64,000 nt of DNA from Candidatus Omnitrophota bacterium (GCA_020632535.1 JACKFJ010000004.1:41514-105513); one strand, 5' to 3'. Shown: positions 22,349 to 30,225, counted from the first letter of the stretch. Notes: generated from the letters alone by a model not told the origin. Made by a program: numbers and translations.

Positions 22349-23587
22349 TCAACTTTCATATTTTCTTAGCACCATACATGAATTTGCCCCACTAGGTGCA
22401 AAACCAACAACAAGAACATTTTTCAAATCCGCTTTGACACTTGTGTTGGCAATGATATTCAAATCACAATCCGGATCGGGCACTTGATAATTTATCGTCG
22501 GCGGAATAAAACCGTCATACAAAGCACCCAACGCCGCCGCCGCTGAAAATCCAGCTGTTACACTATAACATTCCCCGACCATAGATTTAATAGAACTGAC
22601 AGGAATTTTCTTTGCGTGACTGCCGAATATATCTTTGATCGCGGCACATTCAATTTTATCAGCGGCCTGTGTGGAGTTGGCATTAGCACAAATATAATCA
22701 ATATCGGTCGACATCAATCCAGCCTTATCCAAGGCTTCTCTTATCGCGATTTTCAAACCAGTTGCGCGCGGATTATATTTATGCAAACGGAATGGATCAA
22801 AGCTGTAGCCAAATGACGCGACTTCACCCAAAATTCTGGCCCCTCGGGCTTTAGCATGCTCATAATCTTCCATACAAAATAAAACCGCGCCTTCACCGAA
22901 TGTAATCCCGTTGCGTCTTTTGTCAAAAGGGCAATTGATAAACTCAGTTCCTTCTTTTGAGCCAGAAAGAAACTGCAATGTATGAAAGCCAAAATACGTA
23001 TGCCAACACAGCTCTTCGACGCCACCAGCATAAATTACTTTAGCGCGATCCCATTGCAAGAAGTTATAAGCATAACTCATAGCGTCGAGCGTGGCTGTAA
23101 AACCGGTCGAGATTGTCGTATTAAAGCCTTTAATTTTATGCCAAATGGAAACCTGACTTGCAGGAGAATTGATAACAGTATTCGGAAATAACGACGGATT
23201 AACATACCGAGGACCTTCACGAAGTGTCACTTCATCGAACTCTGCAATACTTTTCAGACTGCCCAATGTTGTCCCAACAGAAACACCCACATCATCAGTA
23301 TTTTCTTCCGAAATTGTAAAACCACTATCGTCGATGGCCAATTTTGCAGACGAAACCATGAGTTTAGTACTACGATCAAGGGTGCGCAAACCCTTTTTGC
23401 CCATATAGATTGTCGCGTCAAAATCACTGATTTCACCGGCAATCTTAACATTAAATTTGGTTGTATCAAAAAGCGTGATTGGTCGATAACCAATCCTGCC
23501 TTCTTTGAGGCCTTGCCAGTAATCTTCACGACTTTTTCCGACGCCGTTAAGAATCCCTAAACCCGTAATGACAACTCGTTTTGACAT
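22349..23587 (-). CDS. Beta-ketoacyl-ACP synthase II (FabF) homologue lacking the Cys-His-His catalytic triad (CLF-like / pseudo-KS)
   Basis: Collinear with E. coli FabF as I remember it. The active-site positions read TISTGFTAT (Cys163 -> Phe163), YICANANST (His303 -> Asn302) and SMVGECYS (His340 -> Glu339). The C-terminal GFGG is replaced by APSG. Confidence 0.8.
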   Translation of the reverse strand: MSKRVVITGLGILNGVGKSREDYWQGLKEGRIGYRPITLFDTTKFNVKIAGEISDFDATIYMGKKGLRTLDRSTKLMVSSAKLAIDDSGFTISEENTDDVGVSVGTTLGSLKSIAEFDEVTLREGPRYVNPSLFPNTVINSPASQVSIWHKIKGFNTTISTGFTATLDAMSYAYNFLQWDRAKVIYAGGVEELCWHTYFGFHTLQFLSGSKEGTEFINCPFDKRRNGITFGEGAVLFCMEDYEHAKARGARILGEVASFGYSFDPFRLHKYNPRATGLKIAIREALDKAGLMSTDIDYICANANSTQAADKIECAAIKDIFGSHAKKIPVSSIKSMVGECYSVTAGFSAAAALGALYDGFIPPTINYQVPDPDCDLNIIANTSVKADLKNVLVVGFAPSGANSCMVLRKYES

Positions 23588-23603
23588 AGCGACGTATTAT
23601 AAC

Positions 23604-24182
23604 CTATTTTCGCAAAAGATAGCGCGCCAAAATATCTGTTTCAACATTTAAACAATCGGCTTTCTTCTTTTGGCCAAAATTTGTCAATCTCAATGTCATG
23701 GGAATCAAATGAACGATAAAAGTTTCTTTTTTAACTTGTCCGACAGTAAGACTAATACCATCGAGAGTTACTGAACCTTTAGCAACAAGATAGCGCATAA
23801 ATTTTTTATCCAGTGTGACTTCAAAAGCCACATAATTGGGAAGCTTCACAATATTCTTAATCGTACCGATACCGTCAATGTGTCCCGTAACAAAATGTCC
23901 TCCAAAACGTCCATCGGCTTTCATGGCGCGCTCTAAATTTACCGCATCACCGGGCTTAAGATCACGCAGTGTCGTCGCAAACAACGTTTCACGCATCAAG
24001 TCAAAACTCAATACTTTACCTTTGCGGCCCGTAACGGTTAAACAAACACCGTTGATCGAAATACTATCACCATTCTTTGTTCCTACTAAAACCCTGTTCA
24101 CTCGGATATTAAGAACACATAAATTCTTTTGCTTATCAAGCTTTTCAACAATCCCCATCTCTTCAATTATGCCAGTAAACAT
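23604..24182 (-). CDS. ribE: Riboflavin synthase (alpha chain) RibE
   Basis: Canonical N-terminus MFTGIIEEMG from ATG 24182; the track ORF extends to 24227. Confidence 0.9.
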   Translation of the reverse strand: MFTGIIEEMGIVEKLDKQKNLCVLNIRVNRVLVGTKNGDSISINGVCLTVTGRKGKVLSFDLMRETLFATTLRDLKPGDAVNLERAMKADGRFGGHFVTGHIDGIGTIKNIVKLPNYVAFEVTLDKKFMRYLVAKGSVTLDGISLTVGQVKKETFIVHLIPMTLRLTNFGQKKKADCLNVETDILARYLLRK

Positions 24183-24192
24183 AGCTTTAACC

Positions 24193-25272
24193 TTACTTAA
24201 TATAACCTTCAAATAAAGAATCCTCACCTATTTGCCGCACATGCATATCACGCAGTCCAACGGCTTGCACCAAACGCAATACATTTAATCCGTCAATAGA
24301 ATTGTGAGCCCCTTGATCACCCAAGATCTTTGGAGCAATAAAAATTAACATTTTATCAACTAACTTTTCTTTTAAAGCTGATCCAATCACTTGCCCACCG
24401 CCTTCAATCAAAATCCGCGCAATTTCCTGTCGAGCTAACTTCTTTAGCAACCATTTTATATCAACTTGCTCTTTTTTAACCGGACAAATCACAACATTCA
24501 CACCACGCTTTTCTAAAACACTAACTTTTTTCTTGTTGGCTTTTTTTGTCGTCGCGATAAAACAGTCTTGCGCCTTCGTATTCATAAAAATCTTGGCATT
24601 CAGCGGAATACGCAGTGAAGAATCCAGAACAATCTTTTTCAAAGGTTTCAAAGGTGCGTTTAAACTAGGATTGTCCTTTAATATCGTATTAATTCCAACG
24701 AGAATGGCATCAAATTCATTTCGCAAATTATGCGCATACGTTCGCGCGGCAGGTGACGTTATCCATTTGGATTCACCTGCCCGTGTCGCAATCTTACCAT
24801 CAAGCGTTTGCGCGGTTTTCGCTACAATAAAAGGTGTTTTCTTAACAATATATTTCACAAAGGATTCATTCATCTTCATAAGTTCATCCCGCAAAACCCC
24901 CACCTTAACTTTAACGCCAGCCTTGCGCAATTTCGCAATTGATTTGCCATTTGTTAAAGGATTCGGATCCGTCATCCCGACGATAATATTTTTAATTCCG
25001 CTTTTCAAAATTGCATCCACGCACGGTGGTGTACGTCCATAATGAAAACATGGTTCTAACGTAACATAAAGTTTTGCGCCACGAAGATTGCTTGTTGCTT
25101 TTTTTAACGCAACAACTTCTGCATGCGAACCACCACGATGATGATGAAAACCATGCGCGACAACTTTATTTTTCTTCACAATCACCGCGCCAACCATAGG
25201 ATTGGGTGAAGTCGTAGTCTTACCTTTGAGGGCAAGCTGTTTTGCCATTTTCATGAAATCAATATCGTTCAT
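24193..25272 (-). CDS. ribD: Bifunctional diaminohydroxyphosphoribosylaminopyrimidine deaminase / 5-amino-6-(5-phosphoribosylamino)uracil reductase RibD
   Basis: Deaminase Zn motifs HAEVVAL and LEPCFHYGRTPPC, plus a C-terminal reductase domain. Confidence 0.9.
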   Translation of the reverse strand: MNDIDFMKMAKQLALKGKTTTSPNPMVGAVIVKKNKVVAHGFHHHRGGSHAEVVALKKATSNLRGAKLYVTLEPCFHYGRTPPCVDAILKSGIKNIIVGMTDPNPLTNGKSIAKLRKAGVKVKVGVLRDELMKMNESFVKYIVKKTPFIVAKTAQTLDGKIATRAGESKWITSPAARTYAHNLRNEFDAILVGINTILKDNPSLNAPLKPLKKIVLDSSLRIPLNAKIFMNTKAQDCFIATTKKANKKKVSVLEKRGVNVVICPVKKEQVDIKWLLKKLARQEIARILIEGGGQVIGSALKEKLVDKMLIFIAPKILGDQGAHNSIDGLNVLRLVQAVGLRDMHVRQIGEDSLFEGYIK

Positions 25273-25286
25273 ATCATTAGGGATTT

Positions 25287-26126
25287 TTAAGAAAAATGTT
25301 CTGGTCTTTTTGAACGCGCACGTAATTGTTCAACAAATTCACAGGGAATACGTCTTTTGCCTATCCATGTATTCGTTTTATGCTTGCCGTGCGCATCAGA
25401 ACCACCAGTCATTGTCAGCTTATACTTACGCGCAAGACCTTCATAATATAAAACTACGGCGTCGGGACAATTCGGATAATATACCTCCAGACCTCCCAAA
25501 CCGACATCCACAAAACTCGCAATCAATTCATCTCGATTTGTCACCATGGGATGAGCCAAAACAGCAACTCCACCAGCTTGACGGATTAATGCAATTGCTT
25601 CTTTCGGTGATTGCTGATGCTTTGGCACGTAGGCCGTACACTTGTCGCCAATAAACTTATCAAACGCTTGCCACGAATTCGTAGCCCAACCTTTTTTAAC
25701 CAAAGCTGCAGCTAAATGCGGACGACCTAAAGCGTCCGACTGGGACTCGGCCTTAATATCTTCAAAAGAAAGATTATCAATGCCTTGCTTTTTTAAATTC
25801 TCAATCATCTGAGCAATGCGAGAAAAACGAGTTGTGCGGAATTCTTCCAATTTCTGTTTCAACAAAGCATTTTCCAAATCCAGAAAATATCCTAAAATAT
25901 GAATGTCTTTGCCATTGACTTCCGCCGAGAGTTCAATTCCCGAAATTACTTCAATCCCCCACTCAACCGCGGCAGCCTGTGCCATTTTGACCGCGCCCAT
26001 CGTGTCATGATCAGTAATCGAAATACATGATAATCCAGCATGACAAGCCTCTTCCACAACCGCTTCCGGCGCTTCACTGCCGTCGGAATAAATGGTGTGC
26101 ATATGCAAGTCTGCGAAGTGGTTCAC
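25287..26126 (-). CDS. PHP-domain metal-dependent phosphoesterase
   Basis: N-terminal DLHMHTIYSDGS, later ITDHD and GGSDAHG motifs typical of PHP (polymerase/histidinol phosphatase) domains. GTG start overlaps the nusB stop (GTGA). Confidence 0.75.
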   Translation of the reverse strand: MNHFADLHMHTIYSDGSEAPEAVVEEACHAGLSCISITDHDTMGAVKMAQAAAVEWGIEVISGIELSAEVNGKDIHILGYFLDLENALLKQKLEEFRTTRFSRIAQMIENLKKQGIDNLSFEDIKAESQSDALGRPHLAAALVKKGWATNSWQAFDKFIGDKCTAYVPKHQQSPKEAIALIRQAGGVAVLAHPMVTNRDELIASFVDVGLGGLEVYYPNCPDAVVLYYEGLARKYKLTMTGGSDAHGKHKTNTWIGKRRIPCEFVEQLRARSKRPEHFS

Positions 26127-26575
26127 AATTTCTGTCTTAATGAAATAACTTCTGTTTTGTGGATTTTGTCTAAAATACCATTAACGAATTTGCTGGATTC
26201 CAAGTCGCCATATTTCTTGGCTAATTCAACCGCTTCGTTAATACTAACTTTGGGTGGGATATCTGGGCAATAAAAAAATTCAAAACAACTCATACGCAAA
26301 ATGTTGCGGTCAATAATCGCCATACGCTTTAACTGCCAATTTGTCGCATAAGAAGAAATCTTGGCGTCAATTGACTCAATTTCAAGCGACACACCATAAA
26401 CTAAACGAGTAGCAAATTCTTTGATTTCAGAATCGATCTCAAAAGGATCATCCTCATCACTGACCAAGTCCGAACTCCAAAAATCTTCGATGGTCGCGTC
26501 AACAGAGCGTGCCGTCGCGTCCTTTTGATATAGGATTTTTAAAGCACATTCTCTCGCAACACTACGTTTTCTCAT
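26123..26575 (-). CDS. nusB: Transcription antitermination factor NusB
   Basis: MRKRSVARECALKILYQ N-terminus from ATG 26575; the track ORF begins at TTG 26623. The ribH-nusB pairing is common. Confidence 0.85.
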   Translation of the reverse strand: MRKRSVARECALKILYQKDATARSVDATIEDFWSSDLVSDEDDPFEIDSEIKEFATRLVYGVSLEIESIDAKISSYATNWQLKRMAIIDRNILRMSCFEFFYCPDIPPKVSINEAVELAKKYGDLESSKFVNGILDKIHKTEVISLRQKL

Positions 26576-26626
26576 AGAGGGTATTGGCTTAAGATTCAAA
26601 CATCGACGCCAACCCAAAAACAAAGA

Positions 26627-27091
26627 TCAAGTTGACTTCAATATATTTGTCATCTCTACCGCGGTTCGCGCGGCATCACAACCTTTATTATCGCCTTTTT
26701 CTTCCGAACGTCGATTTGCCTGATCAATTGTATCTGTCGTCAGGACTCCAAAAATAACCGGTTTTGCCGTATCTAAGGAAACACGCATTATCCCAGAAGC
26801 AGCTTCCTTTGCAACAAGTTCAAAATGAAATGTGTCTCCTCGAATAACCGCACCTAAACAAACAACTGCGGCAATATCCTTTCTCCGCGCCAAGGCCAAC
26901 GCCGCCATCGGAATTTCAAACGCGCCCGGCACCCACACAATGGTCAAATCTTCTGAAACAACTCCAAGCTTTTTAAATTCACGTAGACACCCCGCCAATA
27001 ATCGCAAAGTGATAAATTCATTAAATCGTGAAACAACGACACCAAATTTTTTATTTTGACGCGGTGCTTTTTTACTTTTCTTTACTGCCAT
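26627..27091 (-). CDS. ribH: 6,7-dimethyl-8-ribityllumazine synthase RibH
   Basis: 154 aa with FGVVVSRFNEFI and VPGAFEIP motifs. Confidence 0.9.
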   Translation of the reverse strand: MAVKKSKKAPRQNKKFGVVVSRFNEFITLRLLAGCLREFKKLGVVSEDLTIVWVPGAFEIPMAALALARRKDIAAVVCLGAVIRGDTFHFELVAKEAASGIMRVSLDTAKPVIFGVLTTDTIDQANRRSEEKGDNKGCDAARTAVEMTNILKST

Positions 27092-27155
27092 AATGTCGTC
27101 CCACCACGATAGAATATACCCGATAAAAATCGCTAAAGCAAGTCAGAGAACCAAG

Positions 27156-28361
27156 TTACAAAATATGACCCATTTTCTCTTTTTTGGTTTTAAGATAATT
27201 CTTATTGTGCGCATTATGCGGAATTTGTAGTGGCATTCTCTCCACAACGGTTAAACCATAACCTTCAAGACCGACAATTTTTCGTGGATTATTTGTCAAA
27301 AGACGAATCTGCTTGATACCTAAATCAACAAGAATCTGCGCGCCAATCCCATAGTGTCGCAAATCCGCAGAAAAACCTAAAGCCTCATTCGCCTCAACAG
27401 TATCCATACCTTTATCCTGCAAATTATAGGCTTTCAATTTATTAACAAGTCCAATGCCGCGACCTTCCTGACGCATATACAAAACCACGCCGGATCCAGC
27501 CTCCGCGACCGCCTTTAAAGAGGCATTCAGCTGCGCGTTGCAATCACATCGTTGTGAACGAAAAACATCGCCGGTTAAACATTCCGATTGCACACGCACC
27601 AACTCAGGTACCGTGCCGTCGATTTTACCCTTAACTAACGCAATATGAATCGTCTCTTCCACCTTGGATTGATAACCATACATTGTAAATTCGCCAAAAT
27701 CCGTTGGTAAACGTGTTTCAACAACACGCTCAACCAATTTTTCGGATTTACGACGATGTTCAATAAGACTGGCAATGGAACAAATTTTTAAACTAAACTT
27801 TTTCGCAAACTCAATAATATCTTCCGTACGAGCCATAGTCCCGTCTTCATTCATAATTTCACAAATAACACCTGCGGGATAAAGTCCGGAAAGTTTCATC
27901 AAATCGACAGAGGCTTCAGTATGTCCCGCCCGAACCAAAACACCACCTTTTTTTGCGCGCAACGGAAACAAATGCCCCGGAGCTTCTAAATCACTGGGCT
28001 TAGCTTGCGGATCCAGAAGAACTTTGACAGTATAAGCACGATCAAAAGCAGAAATCCCTGTCGTAATTCCGTGAGCCGCATCAACCGAAATTGCCCAGCC
28101 AGTATTACTCAATTTGTGAACACTTTGCGCTGAAAAAAGATCTTTCATTGGGTGAAGTCCTAATTCGTCTAAACGACTTTCTTCCATTGGAACACATATC
28201 AAACCACGCGCATTCTTCGCCATAAAATTGATGAGTTCCGGCGTAATAAACTGAGCGGCGACAAGAAGATCACCCTCATTCTCACGACCTTCATCATCCA
28301 TGACAACGACCATTTTCCCTGTCTGTAAGTCCTTTAATACTTCCGCGATCGAATTAAACAT
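27156..28361 (-). CDS. ribBA: Bifunctional 3,4-dihydroxy-2-butanone-4-phosphate synthase / GTP cyclohydrolase II RibBA
   Basis: DHBP synthase block GRENEGDL and GCH II Zn motif RVQSECLTGDVFRSQRCDC. AAGGTG Shine-Dalgarno upstream. Confidence 0.9.
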   Translation of the reverse strand: MFNSIAEVLKDLQTGKMVVVMDDEGRENEGDLLVAAQFITPELINFMAKNARGLICVPMEESRLDELGLHPMKDLFSAQSVHKLSNTGWAISVDAAHGITTGISAFDRAYTVKVLLDPQAKPSDLEAPGHLFPLRAKKGGVLVRAGHTEASVDLMKLSGLYPAGVICEIMNEDGTMARTEDIIEFAKKFSLKICSIASLIEHRRKSEKLVERVVETRLPTDFGEFTMYGYQSKVEETIHIALVKGKIDGTVPELVRVQSECLTGDVFRSQRCDCNAQLNASLKAVAEAGSGVVLYMRQEGRGIGLVNKLKAYNLQDKGMDTVEANEALGFSADLRHYGIGAQILVDLGIKQIRLLTNNPRKIVGLEGYGLTVVERMPLQIPHNAHNKNYLKTKKEKMGHIL

Positions 28362-28398
28362 GCATTCACCTTTTGTTTTATCTTTTATTTAAATCCTA

Positions 28399-28431
28399 TA
28401 AAAAGAAAAATCCCGATTTGCTTTCGGGATA
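28399..28431 (-). terminator. Intrinsic terminator (expression platform of the FMN riboswitch)
   Basis: Minus strand ATCCCGA-aagcaaa-TCGGGAT followed by TTTTCTTTTT. It lies between the aptamer and the ribBA Shine-Dalgarno. Confidence 0.6.
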
Positions 28432-28493
28432 AAAATACAACGGCCTATTCTACGATGGAAGACACTTCCACTGCTGAATAAAAAAAATCCGTT

Positions 28494-28679
28494 GCTTTCT
28501 CCCATCTAGGCTCTTTACGCACCTCAAGAAACGAGGGACTATTGGCCCGGGAATCACACCCGATCTGCATCGCAACACATCCGCGACGCTCGTAGGCTCT
28601 CCTAAAATTATATTTAGGGATTACTACCAGCTGGGACTTACACCCATATCCGCACATGAAAGCCGGATTTCCCGAAAGC
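28494..28679 (-). promoter_or_regulatory. FMN riboswitch (RFN element) aptamer
   Basis: Minus strand shows the conserved RFN blocks. P1 is GCTTTC (28679..28674) paired with GAAAGC (28499..28494). Also present: GGGTGTAAGTCCCAGCTGGTAGTAA (cf. GGGUGAAAUUCCC.ACCGGCGGUA), GAGAGCCTACGAGC, GATCGGGTGTGATTCCCGGGCCAATAGT and TAAAGAGCCTAGATGGGAGAAAGC (cf. AAAGUCUGGAUGGGAGAAG). It is directly upstream of ribBA. Confidence 0.8.
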
Positions 28680-28689
28680 TAATCGAGTT

Positions 28690-28718
28690 AATATATTGGA
28701 AAAGATACCTATTGTCAA
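28690..28718 (-). promoter_or_regulatory. Sigma70-type promoter for the riboswitch/rib operon (TTGACA-N17-TATATT)
   Basis: Minus strand: TTGACA (28718..28713), 17-nt spacer, TATATT (28695..28690). It lies about 10 nt upstream of riboswitch P1. Confidence 0.55.
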
Positions 28719-28738
28719 GGCTGAGGGTAAGGAGAAAC

Positions 28739-29002
28739 TTACTTGGAGTTTTTCTTAAAAGCGGAGCTTTTATTACTTTTATCTGACATATAATGCTTGA
28801 CCCAACCTGCGGAGAACTTTGTAATCCAATCATCTGCTGCTTTATCAAAACCGATACTGTGACCAGCTTTTTCACTTTCAATCCATAAGTGTCTTTTAAT
28901 CTCTTCAACGACACGCGGGTCTTTAAGCAATGCCTCTTTACTCACCTTTGCCATACCAACTGCCCCACGATGATTAAATAACGCTGACAGGATTTTCTTC
29001 AT
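28739..29002 (-). CDS. Small hypothetical protein (87 aa) with KRHLWIESEKAGH motif
   Basis: Only sizeable ORF in this interval outside the riboswitch. Contains EEIKRHLWIESEKAGHSIGFDKAADDWI and a basic tail. No firm family assignment. The start is uncertain (ATG 29002 or internal MAKVSKE). Confidence 0.45.
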   Translation of the reverse strand: MKKILSALFNHRGAVGMAKVSKEALLKDPRVVEEIKRHLWIESEKAGHSIGFDKAADDWITKFSAGWVKHYMSDKSNKSSAFKKNSK

Positions 29003-29159
29003 GATTGTATTCTAAGCACAAACTGTTCAAAAATCAAGAGTTTCGAACGTATCTATTCTTTAACTTCACCAATAAAAATAGCAAGAATCAAATCAAAAAC
29101 GGTAAACGGTTTGCTTGGTTTTTGGTACGACATATGACTCCTTACGATAAACTTAGCCG

Positions 29160-29200
29160 AAAAATAAAAGCGCCCATTTCCGGATAACGGAAACAGGCGC
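29160..29200 (-). terminator. Intrinsic terminator on the minus strand, part of a terminator/antiterminator leader
   Basis: Minus strand GCGCCTGTTTCCG-ttat-CGGAAATGGGCGC (13 bp including two G-U pairs) followed by TTTTATTTTT. Confidence 0.6.
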
Positions 29201-29314
29201 ATCACATTTTCCGTTATTGGCAACTGGCTGCCCCTAACACCGGGGCCCTATAGTTTTGTGCCCTACCCTTGCGAGTAGTTTACCCTTTTCAATAATGTCT
29301 TTTAAGACTGTCAA

Positions 29315-29343
29315 AGTATTCCATGCGTTTTCACGATTGTCAA
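29315..29343 (-). promoter_or_regulatory. Candidate promoter for the leader RNA (TTGACA-N17-AATACT)
   Basis: Minus strand: TTGACA (29343..29338), 17-nt spacer, AATACT (29320..29315). The -10 is only moderate. Confidence 0.35.
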
Positions 29344-29422
29344 GATCACGACCTAAAACGAGTAATAAACTTTTTTATTGAACAAGACCAACTTTTCACC
29401 TATTGTAAATAAAAATACCGCT

Positions 29423-30223
29423 ATGAATTCCCTCGAAAAACTTGAAAACAACTCAATTTACATTATTCGCGAAGCTTACAGCCGCTTTCGCAATATCGCT
29501 CTTTTATGGTCTATCGGAAAAGACTCAACAACTCTTTTATGGCTTTGCCGTAAAGCGTTCTTTGGAAAAATCCCTTTCCCAATTTTACATATCGATACCA
29601 GTTACAAATTCCAAGCGATATATGACTTTCGCAAGAAATATGCCAAAGACTGGAATCTACAACTCATTATAGAAAAGAACGAACGTGCTTTAGCAAATGG
29701 CATGAACAACTCGCTTGGGAAATTCGAATGCTGCGATAGTTTAAAAACACAAACCCTCAAAAGGGCAGTCGAAAAACATCATTTCAAAGCCATCATTCTC
29801 GGCATACGCCGCGACGAACACGGCATTCGCGCCAAAGAAAGATTCTTTTCCACACGCAACAGTGATCATCGCTGGGATTACGGCAATCAAGCACCTGAAC
29901 TTTGGGATCTCTATCAAGCCCACTTAGAAAAAGATCAACACTTACGCGTTCATCCTTTACTTGGCTGGCGTGAAATAGATGTCTGGAATTATATTCAACA
30001 AGAAAAAATTCCCGTCGCTGATCTTTATTTTTCTAAAAATGGCCAGCGCTTTCGTTCCATCGGATGCGAACCGTGCTGCAGCCCAATCCCTTCGAAAGCA
30101 AATTCACTTGCAAAAATTATCGCAGAATTAAAGACAACAAAAATTGCTGAACGCAGTGGCCGCAGTCAAGACAAAGAAGACTCGTACAATATGCAAAAAC
30201 TGCGCAGTCTTGGATACATGTAG
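29423..30223 (+). CDS. cysD: Sulfate adenylyltransferase subunit 2 CysD
   Basis: MNSLEKLENNSIYIIREAYSRF aligns with the E. coli CysD N-terminus (LEAESIHIIREVAAEF). SIGKDS PP-loop present. I prefer ATG 29423 over the track TTG start at 29378. Confidence 0.9.
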   Translation: MNSLEKLENNSIYIIREAYSRFRNIALLWSIGKDSTTLLWLCRKAFFGKIPFPILHIDTSYKFQAIYDFRKKYAKDWNLQLIIEKNERALANGMNNSLGKFECCDSLKTQTLKRAVEKHHFKAIILGIRRDEHGIRAKERFFSTRNSDHRWDYGNQAPELWDLYQAHLEKDQHLRVHPLLGWREIDVWNYIQQEKIPVADLYFSKNGQRFRSIGCEPCCSPIPSKANSLAKIIAELKTTKIAERSGRSQDKEDSYNMQKLRSLGYM

Positions 30224-30225
30224 AG

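Noticed and set aside
28445-28914. ORFs 28445..28657 (70 aa) and 28624..28914 (96 aa) upstream of ribBA.
   Set aside because: They overlie the FMN riboswitch aptamer and its promoter. The second also overlaps the better-supported 87-aa ORF in another frame.
29005-29187. Plus-strand 60-aa ORF (MYSKHKLFKNQEF...) in the cysD-upstream gap.
   Set aside because: It is low-complexity and Lys/Asn-rich with no Shine-Dalgarno. It runs antisense through the small minus-strand ORF and into the terminator hairpin.
29225-29260. Plus-strand GCCCCTAACACCGGGGCC resembles the CCUAACAC cleavage-site region of twister ribozymes.
   Set aside because: The other conserved twister blocks (AAGC...GG, GGAGGG) are absent, and no hammerhead CUGAUGA/GAAA core is present either. 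I treat it as a chance match within the leader hairpin.
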